Positions 9,982 through 20,900 of a DNA stretch of 64,000 nucleotides are shown here, piece by piece. How positions within the stretch are numbered: position 1 is the stretch's first letter; the number at the start of each line of letters is the position of its first letter. The notes beneath the pieces were generated by a model. It ran no database searches. It was not told where the DNA came from and saw only the letters and a program-made list of their open reading frames with translations. The position numbers and the translations under genes are program-made. This DNA is from an uncultured Actinomycetes bacterium (GTDB lineage Bacteria > Actinomycetota > UBA4738 > JBBDTT01): positions 32,001 through 96,000 of the forward strand of contig CAVUMN010000004.1 of assembly GCA_963742735.1 (NCBI GenBank), given 5' to 3'.

Positions 9982-11520
9982 ATGGAGCATGCGGACCTCG
10001 CCCAAGCAGCAGCGGTCTGCGGCGCGCTCGGATCGGCGCTCGTGCTGCTCGCGCGCGGGCGGCTCGCGCTGCTCGCCGGTCTGGTGGCGCTCGGGCTCGC
10101 CGAGGCGGGCCTGGTGGGAGCGCTGAACGACGGCGGCTTCGACAAGCTCACGAGCCCTGCCGGCGGCGCGGCCGCCCTGGTGGGGCTCGGGCTCTTCGGC
10201 GGGGCCGCCGCGCTGCTCGTCCGCCGTCCGGCGTGGGTGCCACTGGCCGTGCTGGTGGCCGCGCCGTTCCGGCCCCCACTCGACTTCAACAGCTCGAACC
10301 GCTTCTTCGTCTCCGTGGCCGAGGACGGGCGGCTCGGTCGCCTGCTGCCGCTCTACTTCGTGCTGGTGGCCGCCGGCCTGGCGCTCGGCTGGCGGGCACT
10401 GCGCGGGGAGAGCGTGCGCGCGCTGCCTCGGCAGCTGGCCCTGCCGGCTGCGGCGTTCTTCGCATTCGCCTTCCTCTCGCTCCTGTGGGCGGACGACGTG
10501 GAGGCCGGCGCCAACATGCTCACCTTCTTCACGCTGCCGTTCGCCGTCCTGCTCGCCGTGGTGGCGCGCGCCGAGTACCCGGACTGGGCGCCGCGCGCGC
10601 TCGCGGCCGCGGCCATCGCGCTCGCCTGCCTGTTCGCGGCGGTGGGCGTCTGGCAGGCCATCACCCACGACCTCTTCTTCTACGCGCCCAACCTGGCGGT
10701 CTCGAACGCCAACACGGACTTCTTCAGGGTCACCTCGCTGTTCGGCGACCCGAGCCTGTACGGGCGCCACGTGGTGCTCGGCATCGGCGTGGTCCTGACG
10801 CTGTTGGCCACCAGTCGCTCCCGCAACGGCATCCTGCTCGCCGCGCTCGCGCTCATGTGGGCGGGGCTGTTCTTCTCGTACTCGCAGTCGAGCATGGCGG
10901 CGCTGCTACTCGTCACGCTCGCGATCGCCTTCGCGACGGGCGACCGCGGCGTCAGGCGCACGGTCGGGCTGCTCGCGCTCGGCGCCGCGGTCGTCGCGCT
11001 CGGGTTCGGCGCCGTGAAGGTGGTCGGCGGCGAGTCGATCAACCGGGTCACGAGCGACCGCACCGATCGCGTGGAGGACGCGCTCCGGGTGGTGCGCCAC
11101 GATCCGCTGATCGGCGTGGGCATCGGCGGACAGCCACGGGCCAGCCGCCTGCTCACCGGCAGCGAGCGCCCGAACGCGAACTTCGTGTCGCATACCACTC
11201 CGCTCACGGTCACCGCCGAGCTCGGCGTCATAGGGCTCGTGCTCTACGTCTGGCTGTTGGTGGGAGGAGTCGGCTCGATCGCCGAGGTGTACAGATCGCA
11301 GCGCGCGCTCGGACTGGCGCTCGGGGCCTCGCTGCTCGCGCTGTTCGTGCACGCGCTCTTCTACAGCGGCTTCCTCGAGGACCCGCTCACCTGGATGGTG
11401 CTCGCGGTGGCGGCGGGCTGGCTCATGAGGCCCGGGCCCCCCGAGCCGTCGCCGGCCGAGCGCGCCCGGGCGAGGGCGGGCTCGAAGCCGGGTGGCGGCG
11501 TGGCGGCGGCCACCCCATGA
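9982..11520 (+). CDS. O-antigen ligase/polymerase (Wzy_C) family membrane protein
   Basis: Many TM helices; RVTSLFGDPSLYG, SYSQSS, PLIGVGIG, SHTTPLTVTAELGVIG. Confidence 0.85.
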   Translation: MEHADLAQAAAVCGALGSALVLLARGRLALLAGLVALGLAEAGLVGALNDGGFDKLTSPAGGAAALVGLGLFGGAAALLVRRPAWVPLAVLVAAPFRPPLDFNSSNRFFVSVAEDGRLGRLLPLYFVLVAAGLALGWRALRGESVRALPRQLALPAAAFFAFAFLSLLWADDVEAGANMLTFFTLPFAVLLAVVARAEYPDWAPRALAAAAIALACLFAAVGVWQAITHDLFFYAPNLAVSNANTDFFRVTSLFGDPSLYGRHVVLGIGVVLTLLATSRSRNGILLAALALMWAGLFFSYSQSSMAALLLVTLAIAFATGDRGVRRTVGLLALGAAVVALGFGAVKVVGGESINRVTSDRTDRVEDALRVVRHDPLIGVGIGGQPRASRLLTGSERPNANFVSHTTPLTVTAELGVIGLVLYVWLLVGGVGSIAEVYRSQRALGLALGASLLALFVHALFYSGFLEDPLTWMVLAVAAGWLMRPGPPEPSPAERARARAGSKPGGGVAAATP

Positions 11521-12872
11521 GGCACTTCGGCGGCGAGCGGCTCGGGCGCCTCGAAGCCCTCGGCCTGATCACGGTGCTGCTCGCGCTCGTGACCGTGACC
11601 CTTCCCGAGCTCGGTTCGGACCCGTGGCGCTTCCGCCCGGGCGCCGTCGACCCGTCCGGTCCGCTGGCTCCGCTCGTGCGCGCCGCCGGCGAGGAATGGG
11701 ACGTGGGCATCGCCCGCGCCGCGGCCTTCTTGGCCGCGCTCCTGTGCGGGGCGGCGGCGCTGACGCTCCTGCGCGAGCGCACCTGGCCGCGCGCCGCCGG
11801 GATCGCGCTCGTGCTGACGGTGGGCGTGCTGCTCGCGGCGCCCTCCACGCTGCTCCAGCTGGGGCTGCGCGACTCCACCGAGCCGTGGTTCTTCACCAAC
11901 GACTCGACCTACCAGATCGAGCAGAGCGGGGATCTGGTTCTGGACGGCGAGAACCCCTACGGCCACGACTACCGCCGGTCGGGGCTGGAGCGTTTCTACA
12001 CGCGCGACGGAAGCGTGTCCGAGCAGGTGCGCGAGCGCGAGGTCGCGCTGCGGCACTTCGCGTACTTCCCCGGCGCGCCGCTGAGCGCAGCCGCCTGGCG
12101 GGTCCTGCCCGCACCGTTCGACGACTACCGGCTGCTGGTGCTGCTCGCCACCTTGGCCGCGCTGGCCGCCGCGCTCGCGTTCCGCGCGCCGCTCGGCTGG
12201 CGCCTGGCGGTGGGAGCCCTGCTGGTGTGCAACCCGGTGGCGGTGCGCTCGGCGTGGTTCGGTCAGAACGACCCCACGAGCCTCCTCTTCCTCGTGCTCG
12301 CCTTCGCGCTCGTGACCCGCTCGCGCTTCGGCTGGGCCGCGGCGAGCCTGGCGGCCGCGGTGCTGCTCAAGCAGTTCGCGCTCGTGGCGCTGCCGTTCCT
12401 GGTGCTCATGGCCGTGCAGTCGGGCGCCGGGCGCGCTCAGCTCCGGCGCGCGGCTCTGGTCTTCGGCGGCGTGACGCTCGCGGGGGTGCTCCCGTTCTTC
12501 ATCGCCGACCCGGGCGCCTTCTACGACGACACGGTCCGCTACGGCGCCGGCACCTACCGGATCGTGGGCTACGGGCTGTCGGGGATCCTGGTGCGGATCG
12601 GCATCCTCGACGACCGCGACGGGAGCTACCCGTTCGCGCTCTTCGCCCTGCTCACCTGGGTGCCGCTGACCGTCTGGCTGCTGCTGGCTCAGCGCCGCGC
12701 GAGTGACCTGTGGGTCGGCGCCGCGGGCTTCGCGATCTCGATCCTGTGGCTGATGTTCATCGGCCGGACCTTCAACAACTACTACCTGCTCTGGCCGCTC
12801 ACCGGCGCCGCCGTGGCCGTGCTCATCGCGGTCGGCGCTCCCGGAACGCGAACTGCTGCGCCCGACCCGTGA
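11517..12872 (+). CDS. GT-C fold membrane glycosyltransferase (GT87-like)
   Basis: Multi-TM; NDS..Q, GENPY, FAYFPG, GQND, LLKQFA motifs. Confidence 0.75.
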   Translation: MRHFGGERLGRLEALGLITVLLALVTVTLPELGSDPWRFRPGAVDPSGPLAPLVRAAGEEWDVGIARAAAFLAALLCGAAALTLLRERTWPRAAGIALVLTVGVLLAAPSTLLQLGLRDSTEPWFFTNDSTYQIEQSGDLVLDGENPYGHDYRRSGLERFYTRDGSVSEQVREREVALRHFAYFPGAPLSAAAWRVLPAPFDDYRLLVLLATLAALAAALAFRAPLGWRLAVGALLVCNPVAVRSAWFGQNDPTSLLFLVLAFALVTRSRFGWAAASLAAAVLLKQFALVALPFLVLMAVQSGAGRAQLRRAALVFGGVTLAGVLPFFIADPGAFYDDTVRYGAGTYRIVGYGLSGILVRIGILDDRDGSYPFALFALLTWVPLTVWLLLAQRRASDLWVGAAGFAISILWLMFIGRTFNNYYLLWPLTGAAVAVLIAVGAPGTRTAAPDP

Positions 12873-14127
12873 CGTACACGCGGTCCTCGTCCGCCACCAC
12901 CGGGTTGGCGTACTTCCCGCCCGGGAAGCGCCACACCTGACGGCCATTCGACGCGCGCACCGCGTAGGTCCCGTCGGGCCCCTGCTTGACCGACCGCTGG
13001 GCCTCCGATCCGCAGCTCGAGCAGGTGGCGTAGTACACGAGCCCGGACATGACCGTGGGGGCGGCGTGCACGGCGCCCGGCGCCTCGATCTGCCAGTCCG
13101 TGTCGCCCGTGGCGGCGTCGAGGGCATAGAACTTGCCGTCGTAGGTGCCCACGAACACGCGCCGGTTCCAGACCGCGGCCGCGCCGTAGATGTACGAGCC
13201 GAGCGGACGAGCCCAGAGGAGCTTGCCGCTCTTCGCCCCGAACACGTACATCGTGCCGTCGGTGTTGCCGATATACACGCGGCCGTACGCCACCGTGGGA
13301 GTGGCGTAGAAGAACTCCCGCGAGCCGAAGCTGGAGTTGGACTGGGCGCTCCAGCGGAGCTTGCCGGTGCGCGCGTTCAGCGCGTAGAGCGTGCCCCCGT
13401 CGGACGCGATGTAGATCGTGCGCTTCCAGTACGCCGCCGAGGTGTTGACCTCATCGTCCGCCTGGAAGGCCCAGATCCGCCGGCCGGTGCGCGCGTCCAC
13501 GGCGTAGACGTTGTGGTCCCACGAGCCGAAGTAGAGGCGCCCGCCCCGCAGGAGCGGCGAGGACTCGATCGGCTCCGACTTGAAGCGCCAGCGCTCGCGG
13601 CCGGTCTGGGCGTCCCAGGCCACCACGAACCCGTCCGCGCCCGCCTGCCCCTGCTCGCACACCACCGGGTGCATGTAGGACTGGTAGACGAGGCCGTCGC
13701 CGATCGTCGGCGAGGACGCGGCGCAGCGGCGGAGGCTCTTTTTCCAGGACACCTTGCCGGTCTTCGCGTTCAGCGCGAAGAAGAGGCCCTTCTGCTGGGC
13801 CAGGTACACGCGCCCGTAGCCGATGGCGGGCGGGAACTCGAGCGAGTCGTGAGCGTCGATCGACCAGAGGCGCCGGTAGGGCGGCCGGTGCTCGTACGGC
13901 GAGATGTGCGAGCGCTCGGCGTCGTATCCGTAGGTGGGCCACGGGCGCGGGTTCTCGCGCTTCGGCGGTGGCTTGGGCTCCGGCGCCGCGGTGGTGACGA
14001 ACTCCTCGTCCGCGGAGCCGCGCTTCTCGGTGGGCTGGTTCTCGTTGTGGACGTACACGGCCGCCGCAGCTCCTACCGCGAGCACGACGAGCGCGACGCC
14101 CACCAGGAGGCGGCGGCGTCTCAGCAT
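12823..14127 (-). CDS. PQQ-binding-like beta-propeller repeat protein
   Basis: N-terminal TM; WPTYGYD; repeated 'lyAldA.TGk..W' blades. Confidence 0.9.
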   Translation of the reverse strand: MLRRRRLLVGVALVVLAVGAAAAVYVHNENQPTEKRGSADEEFVTTAAPEPKPPPKRENPRPWPTYGYDAERSHISPYEHRPPYRRLWSIDAHDSLEFPPAIGYGRVYLAQQKGLFFALNAKTGKVSWKKSLRRCAASSPTIGDGLVYQSYMHPVVCEQGQAGADGFVVAWDAQTGRERWRFKSEPIESSPLLRGGRLYFGSWDHNVYAVDARTGRRIWAFQADDEVNTSAAYWKRTIYIASDGGTLYALNARTGKLRWSAQSNSSFGSREFFYATPTVAYGRVYIGNTDGTMYVFGAKSGKLLWARPLGSYIYGAAAVWNRRVFVGTYDGKFYALDAATGDTDWQIEAPGAVHAAPTVMSGLVYYATCSSCGSEAQRSVKQGPDGTYAVRASNGRQVWRFPGGKYANPVVADEDRVYVTGRAQQFAFRERRPR

Positions 14128-14173
14128 CGCGCGAAGGATGGCAAAGGCCCCCGGCGGCTCCGGGACGGCGCCG

Positions 14174-15988
14174 TCAGCCGAGGTCGCCGCGACCGGACAG
14201 CAGGGTCCAGATTCTCCGCGTGACGCGCGGTACCTCGACGCTCAGGCGCGCCTCCTCGAGCTCACGCGACCACTGCGGCGTGCCGGTGCGCAGCACCAGC
14301 CCCTCGCCCAGGCGGAAGGCCGTGAAGGCGGGCTGATCGGCCTCGCGGCCCGCCGACACCAGGAGCGGGGCGTCGGGCGGCAGGCTCTCCGAGCGCTCGA
14401 ACAGCGTGAAATCGCCGATCAGGGGGCTGAGGCCGTCGAACAGCCCGAGCTCGTCCTCGAACACGCTGAGCGGCGCCGCGCCGGTGCGCAGCAGGGCCGT
14501 GCGCTCCCCGAACACGTTGGCGGGGCGCGGAGGCTCCGCCGGCCCGAACGACGCGCGGCCGAGGGCCACGTCGCGGCGGAACGCGTCGGCGCCGAACGAG
14601 GCCACCCGTCCGCCCCCCTCGACGTAGCGGCGCAGGCGCTGCCCCAGCGCCGGCGGCAGCCACAGCGCGCCCCCGGCGAACACCACGCCGGGCGCGTTCC
14701 CGAGTGCGGGCCCCTCGTTCCGGGCCAGCGACAGGTCCGTGGTCAGGTCGTAGTCGAGCCCCGCCCGGTCGAGGAAGCGCAGGAGCGGCGCGCTCTCCGA
14801 CCGGAAGCCTCCCGGCAGGGCGCCGCCCGCGAACTCGCGCTCCAGTCGCAACCGCCGCGCCGCGGGGAGCGAGTCCGCAAAGCCGTCGTGGTCGTCGTCC
14901 ACGCGGTTACGGCCCTGCCACGAGAGTGCCGGGAGCACCACGAGCGGCCTCGGCCGGGCCGCCGACCCCGGCGTCTGCGGCAGCCCTGCCACGGCGAGCG
15001 GCCAGACGGCGCGGCGGCGCCCGGCCCGCACGCGCACCAGGTAGACGCCAGTACGCGTCCGCCGCGGCACCCGCACGCGGAACGACCCCCCGATCCGCTC
15101 CCCGCGCACCACGGGGCGCGGCGAGCCCAGCCGCGACAGGACGAACCCGAAGGACCGGTCGAAGGGCCCGACGCGCAGGCGCGCCACCGCGCCGGCGGGG
15201 ATCACGTCGAGCGGCCCGGCGAGGGTGAAGGGCCTGACCGACACGCCAGTTCCCGCCCGGGCGGTGCGTGCGGTCGGCGTGGGCGCCGGGGCCTCGGTGG
15301 GGTTGCCCGCGCGATCGCGCACCTGCACCGTGAACGCGTAGTCGCCCACCGGCGCGACCCTCCCCTCGCGCAGCCGCCCGTCCCAGACGGCACCACGGTC
15401 GCCGCCGCCGCGGAAGCGCAGGACGAGCCGGGGCGGGCCGTCCCCCGTGCGGAAGATCCGGAAGACGGGCGCCTCGTTCGACGGGCCGCTGTATCGCAGG
15501 CGCACTTCGGGGACCTGCCCCGGCTCCCCGGGAGCGATCACGCTCGGGCGGGCGGAGAGGAGCGCCGCCCGCGGCGGCCGGCGATCGACGTTGATCTGCT
15601 TCTGCGAGTCGATCACGCGGCCCTCGTCGCGGCGGAGCACCCGCATCCGGTAGATGCCGTCAGGCACCGGCAGCCCCTCGTCGTCGCGGCCGTTCCAGCG
15701 CACGCGGTGCTTGGCGTCGCCCGCCAGCTCGCGGTTGTTCATGAGCCGGCGCACCTCGTGGCCCTCCTGGTCCATCACCGAGAAAGTGACGCGGGCCGGC
15801 TCCGAGAGGTCGAAGCCCAGCTGGGTGGTGTCCCTCACGCCATCGCCGTTGGGCGAGAAGTTGAGCGGGAACGCGGCGAACCGAAGTACGAGCGCATCCT
15901 CGCTCTTGAGCTGCTGTGTGACGAGGAAGGCGGCGATCGTCGCCACCACGAGCAGCGCGAATACCGCCCGGACGAGGGGCCGTGTCAT
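14174..15988 (-). CDS. Membrane-anchored FlgD Ig-like domain protein with C-terminal N,N-dimethylformamidase beta-subunit-like domain
   Basis: FSPNGDGVRD and WNGRDDEG...PDGIY FlgD-Ig motifs; VVLPALSWQGRN and LLRFLDRAGLDYDLTTD resemble the DMFase-beta family. Confidence 0.65.
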   Translation of the reverse strand: MTRPLVRAVFALLVVATIAAFLVTQQLKSEDALVLRFAAFPLNFSPNGDGVRDTTQLGFDLSEPARVTFSVMDQEGHEVRRLMNNRELAGDAKHRVRWNGRDDEGLPVPDGIYRMRVLRRDEGRVIDSQKQINVDRRPPRAALLSARPSVIAPGEPGQVPEVRLRYSGPSNEAPVFRIFRTGDGPPRLVLRFRGGGDRGAVWDGRLREGRVAPVGDYAFTVQVRDRAGNPTEAPAPTPTARTARAGTGVSVRPFTLAGPLDVIPAGAVARLRVGPFDRSFGFVLSRLGSPRPVVRGERIGGSFRVRVPRRTRTGVYLVRVRAGRRRAVWPLAVAGLPQTPGSAARPRPLVVLPALSWQGRNRVDDDHDGFADSLPAARRLRLEREFAGGALPGGFRSESAPLLRFLDRAGLDYDLTTDLSLARNEGPALGNAPGVVFAGGALWLPPALGQRLRRYVEGGGRVASFGADAFRRDVALGRASFGPAEPPRPANVFGERTALLRTGAAPLSVFEDELGLFDGLSPLIGDFTLFERSESLPPDAPLLVSAGREADQPAFTAFRLGEGLVLRTGTPQWSRELEEARLSVEVPRVTRRIWTLLSGRGDLG

Positions 15989-16034
15989 GGCCGGCGGAAA
16001 CCTAGTGGAGGACCCGGCGAGCGAGAATGCGCGC

Positions 16035-17126
16035 GTGCGGGTGCAGCTGATCGATCCCTCGGGCGACGTGGCGCCCTACGACCACGCCCTCGCCGCGGCC
16101 CTAGCTGGGCGGGGCGCAGACGTGGAGCTCGTGACCTCGCGCTTCGTGCACGGTCCGGCGGCCACACCGGAGGGGTACACCGCCGACCGCCGCTTCTACC
16201 GGCTGGCCACGCGCTTCGGCGCCGAGCGGCCGAGGCTGCGCAGAGCGCTGAAGCTCGCCGAGCACGCGCCCGACATGCTCCTCTACCGGCGCCACGCACG
16301 CCGCGCGGACGTGCGCCACTACCAGTGGCTGCCGCTCCCCGCGCTCGACGCATGGCTCCTTCCTCCCGCCCGGCCACGGGTGCTCACGCTGCACAACGTC
16401 CTGCGAGCGGAGCGGCTCGACCGCCGGCTGCTCGACCGGATGGACGCGCTCGTGGTGCACACCCGGGCGGGCGCGGAGCTCCTCACCGCCCGCCACGGCA
16501 TCCCAGCCGAGCGGGTCAGGACGATCCCCCACGGCGCGTTCGAGCACCTCACGAGCCAGCCCGGCGAGGCGCCGCTGCCGGAGGAGCTGCGCGCGGTGGA
16601 GGGCCCGGTCGTGCTGTGCTTCGGGGTCGTGCGACCGTACAAGGGCGTGGACGTGCTGCTCGAGGCGTTCCGCGACGTGGAGGCGGAGCTGTGGGTGGTG
16701 GGCCGCCCGCTCGGAGAGTCGATGGAGCGGCTCAGGAGGCTCGCGCCGCCGGGGCGCGTGCGCTTCGTGCCGCGCTACGTGAGCGACCGCGAGCTGCCCG
16801 CCTACTTCCGCCGCGCCGATCTCCTCGTGCTTCCGCACCGCCGCGTAGACGTGTCCGGCGTGCTGTTCGCGGGCCTGGCGTTCGGGAAGCCGATGGTGCT
16901 CTCCGACGTGGGCGGCTTCCGCGACGTGGCACTGGAGCACGGCGCCGGGCGGCTCGTGCCGCCGGAGGACCCGGAGGCGCTGGGCCTGGCCATCCGCGAG
17001 CTGCTCGAGGACTCCGGCGCGCGCGAGCATCTGGCCGCGCGCGCTCGGGCTGCGGCCGCGGGGCCGTATTCGTGGGAACGCATCGCCGGGCAGACGCTCG
17101 ACCTCTACAGGGAGCTGATGGCATGA
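16035..17126 (+). CDS. Glycosyltransferase family 4
   Basis: MRVQLIDPSG..PYDHAL; FGVVRPYKG; SGVL..GKPMVLSDVGGF. Start could instead be GTG at 16005. Confidence 0.88.
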   Translation: MRVQLIDPSGDVAPYDHALAAALAGRGADVELVTSRFVHGPAATPEGYTADRRFYRLATRFGAERPRLRRALKLAEHAPDMLLYRRHARRADVRHYQWLPLPALDAWLLPPARPRVLTLHNVLRAERLDRRLLDRMDALVVHTRAGAELLTARHGIPAERVRTIPHGAFEHLTSQPGEAPLPEELRAVEGPVVLCFGVVRPYKGVDVLLEAFRDVEAELWVVGRPLGESMERLRRLAPPGRVRFVPRYVSDRELPAYFRRADLLVLPHRRVDVSGVLFAGLAFGKPMVLSDVGGFRDVALEHGAGRLVPPEDPEALGLAIRELLEDSGAREHLAARARAAAAGPYSWERIAGQTLDLYRELMA

Positions 17127-17902
17127 GGGTCGTGTTCATGGCCAAGAGCAAGCGCTCGGCGGCGCGGGCGCTTGCGTGGCTCGTGGAGAACGGCTGCGAG
17201 GTGCCGGCCGTGGTGGCCTCCGAGCCCGACGAGTGGACCACGGAAGAGCAGCGCGTGGACCTGGTGGCCGCCGAGCACGGGATCCCGCTCCTTGGCGAGA
17301 GCGACCTGTACGGCGCCGCCGAGCGCGGCGAGCTCGGACAGGTGGACCTCGTGGTGTCGTTCCTCTTCTGGAACCGCATCCGCGAGCCGCTGATCTCGCT
17401 CGGGCGACTTGGCTGCATCAACCTCCACCCGGCGCCGCTGCCGGACCTGCGCGGCGTGGGCGGCTACAACGTGGCGCTGCTCGAGGGCCGCGACGAGTGG
17501 GGCGTGTCGTGCCACTTCGTGGACGACCGGATCGACACCGGCGACCTCGTGGAGGTGGAGCGCTTCCCGATCGACTCCGCCGCCGAGACGGCTCTGTCGC
17601 TCGACGTGCTGAGCCAGGAGCGGCTGCTGGCGCTCTTCCAGCGCGTGGTCGAGATCGCCCTGTCCGGAGACGAGCTGCCGCGCGAGCCGCAGGAGGAGGG
17701 CCGCTATGTGTCGCGCGCGGAGCTCGAGGAGCTGCGCGTGGTGCGGCCCGGGGACGATCTCGACCGCAAGCTGAGAGCGTTCTGGTACCCGCCCTGGCCG
17801 GGCGCGGTGGTGGACATCGAGGGCCGCCGGCTGACGCTGGTGGACGACGGGCTGCTTGCCGAGCTGGCGCGCGCTTATCGGGCAGCCGGCGTGGTGCCGT
17901 AG
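17123..17902 (+). CDS. Formyltransferase (Fmt-like, probably a sugar N-formyltransferase)
   Basis: INLHPAPLPDLRG and GVSCHFVDDRIDTGD N10-formyl-THF motifs; coupled to the GT4 by an ATGA overlap. Confidence 0.8.
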   Translation: MRVVFMAKSKRSAARALAWLVENGCEVPAVVASEPDEWTTEEQRVDLVAAEHGIPLLGESDLYGAAERGELGQVDLVVSFLFWNRIREPLISLGRLGCINLHPAPLPDLRGVGGYNVALLEGRDEWGVSCHFVDDRIDTGDLVEVERFPIDSAAETALSLDVLSQERLLALFQRVVEIALSGDELPREPQEEGRYVSRAELEELRVVRPGDDLDRKLRAFWYPPWPGAVVDIEGRRLTLVDDGLLAELARAYRAAGVVP

Positions 17903-17939
17903 CCGGGACACGGCCGCCCGCCGGGAGTACCCTGAGAGC

Positions 17940-20900
17940 ATGAGCGGACTGGCCTGCGCCGCCTGCAGTACCGAGAATCCCGCTGACGCTCGCTTCTGCA
18001 TGGGCTGCGGCGCCGCGCTCGAGCGCGTTTGCCCCTCCTGCTCCACGCCCGCTCCCGGCGCCGCGCGCTTCTGCATGAACTGCGGCGCCGCGCTCGACGG
18101 AACGCCCGCGCCGGCGCCCGTGCCGCAGGTCGAGCGCCCGCCGGAGGAGCGGCGCCAGGTCACGATCCTGTTCGCCGACCTCTCGGGCTACACCGCGGTG
18201 GCCGAGCGGATGGACCCGGAGGCCGTCAAGGGGCTCGTGGACCGCGCCCTGATGCGGCTCGGCGCCGAGGTGGAGCGCTACGGCGGCAACGTGGACAAGT
18301 ACATCGGGGACAACGTGATGGCGCTCTTCGGCGCGCCGGTGGCGCACGAGGACGACGAGGAGCGCGCCGTGCGCGCGGCGCTCGGGATGCAGGCCGCGAT
18401 GACCGAGGTGAACGAGGGGCTGCCGCCGGGAGTGGACTTCCAGCTGCGGGTGGGCATCAACACCGGCGAGGTGATGGCGGGCGCCGTCGGCGAGAGCTAC
18501 ACCGTCACCGGCGACACCGTGAACGTGGCGTCCCGGCTCCAGAGCGCCGCCCGGCCCGGAAGCGTGACCGTTGGCGAGCGGACCATGCGCGCCACCCGCG
18601 GCGCGGTGCGCTACGAGGAGCTCAGCCCGCTCGAGCTGAAGGGCAAGTCCGAGCCGGTGCCCGCCTGGGAGGCGCTGAGCCTGACGGCCACGCACAGCGT
18701 GGGCCGCGCCGCGGCGGCGCACGAGTCGCCGCTGGTGGGCCGCGACAACGAGCTGGTCACGCTCGAGACGCTCTACGAGCGCGTGGTGCGAGAGGGCTCC
18801 CCGCACCTCGTGAGCCTCATCGGCGAGGCCGGCGTGGGCAAGACGCGGCTGCTGCGCGAGTTCGAGCGGGTGCTCGGCGAGCACTCGATCGCTCCCACCG
18901 TGCGTACCGGGCGCTGCCTCCCGTACGGCTCAGGCATCGTCTTCTGGGCGCTTGGCGAGGTGCTGCGCGCCGAGTGCGGGATCGTGGACTCCGACTCGGC
19001 GGAGGAAGCGTGGCGGAAGCTCTCGACCTACGTCGCCGGCCTGTTCGGCAACGGTCGGAGCTCAACGAGCCGGGCGAGCGCGAGGCCGCGCTGATCGGCC
19101 GACTGCTCGGAATCGAGGTGCCGCCGGAGCTGGTGCCGTCCGAGCGCGACCCGGAGCGGCTGCGCGAGGCGTTCTTCTCGGCGCTGCGCATGGGCATGGA
19201 GAAGATGGCCAGCCGCCGCCCGCTGGTGCTGGCGTTCGAGGACATCCACTGGGCCGACGACGGCATGCTCGACGCGATCGAGCACCTCGCCCAGTGGGTG
19301 CGCGCGCCGCTGATGCTCGTCTGCCTCGCGCGTGACGAGCTGCTCGACCGGCGTCCCGGCTGGGGGGCGGGGCGCCGCTCGGCCACGCAGCTGCTCCTCG
19401 ATCCGCTGGCCTCCGAGTACACGCACGAGCTGGTGGCCGCCCTGATCCCCGGCGGCGACGACGTGGTGTCGAAGGTCGTGGAGCGCTCGGGCGGCAATCC
19501 GCTCTTCGCCGAGGAGATGGCGCGCCGGGTGGCCGAGGGCAACCTCGGCGCCGCCGAGCTTCCGGAGACGGTGCAGGCGGTGCTGGCCGCGCGCCTCGAC
19601 GCGCTCGATCCCTTCGAGCGGCGTCTCGTGCAGCAGGCCGCCGTGGTGGGACGAACGTTCTGGGAGGCCTCGCTGGCCCCGCTTGCCGAGGCGGAGGGCA
19701 GGGAGCTCGGCAGGGCGCTCACGGTGCTCCAGGAGAAGGACATCCTCGCCCCCGGCGCCGAGGGCAGGCTCGCGGGCGAGCGTGAGCTCGCGTTCAAGCA
19801 CGTGCTGATTCGCGACGTGGCCTACGGGATGCTGCCCAAGGCGGTGCGCTCGCGGAAGCACTTCGAGGTCGGCGCGTTCATCGAGGAGCGCGCGGGCGAC
19901 CGGACCGACGAGATGGTGGCGCTGCTGGCCGAGCACTACGGCCGCGCGGCGTCGCTCGGCCGCGAGGGCGCCATCGCGGCCACCGAGCTCGCGCCCATGC
20001 GCGAGCGGGCCATGCGCTTCCTGGAGGAGGCCGGCGACGCCGCCGCGCTCCTCTACTCGAACCGCGAGGCCGCCGCCCACTACCGCCATGCGCGCGACGT
20101 GGGCGCCGACCAGGACCTGGCCGTGCGCGTGCGGGTGTCGGAGAAGCTCGGCGACGTGTCCCTCCGGCTGGGTCGCGTGGACGAGGCGATCGGCGTGTGG
20201 CAGGAGTGCCTCGACTGGCACCGCGGGCAGGAGGACCTCGAGCGGGTGGCGGACCTCCACCGCAAGACCGGCGCGGCGCTCTCGCACAAGGGCGAGCGCA
20301 GGTCGGCGATCGAGCACTACCAGCGCGGCATCAACCTGCTCAAGGACGGCCCGCCGCGGATCGAGCTGGTGCGCCTCTACGAGGAGGCGGCTTGGCTCTA
20401 CCTGCACACCGGGGACAACATGCTCGCCATCTACGCCTCGGAGAAGGCGCTGCGGCTGGCCGAGCGGCTCGGCGAGACGCGCGCCGCCAGCCGCGCCCAC
20501 GGCATCTTCGGGCGCGTGTTCGGCCGCATCGGCGACACCGAGAAGGCGCGCCAGAACCTGGAGCGCGCGGTGGAGCTGGCGCGCGGCTCGGACGACGGCG
20601 AGAGCATCCTCGCGCTGTCGGCGCTGGGCCGCCACCTCGAGATCTCCGAGGCGGACATGGACGGCGCCCGCGAGGCCTACCACGAGGCGCTGGCGCTGGC
20701 CGAGCGCGTGGGGATGCTCCCCGCCCAGGTGGAGCTCCACGCCTGGCTCGCGCAGCTGTCCGCCTACTGCGCCGAGTGGGACGACGTGACGCGCTCCACC
20801 GACGCCAGCGCCGAGCTGGCCGAGCGCGAGGGCCTCGTGGGCAAGCTCTGCCTCCCCTACTCGCTCCGAGGGCTCCTGCTCTGGCGCGAGGGCCGCCTCG

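Noticed and set aside
13934-17122. Very long alternative ORFs (e.g. 13934-17902, 19028-21571, 41294-44092, 56219-59401, 62585-63988)
   Set aside because: Shadow frames of high-GC genes: Arg/Pro/Gly-rich or antisense to well-supported genes. Only the formyltransferase tail of the first is real.
19030-19094. Programmed frameshift separating the cyclase from the TPR region
   Set aside because: No slippery heptamer or stimulatory structure, the break falls inside the ATPase domain, and similar indels nearby suggest sequence error.
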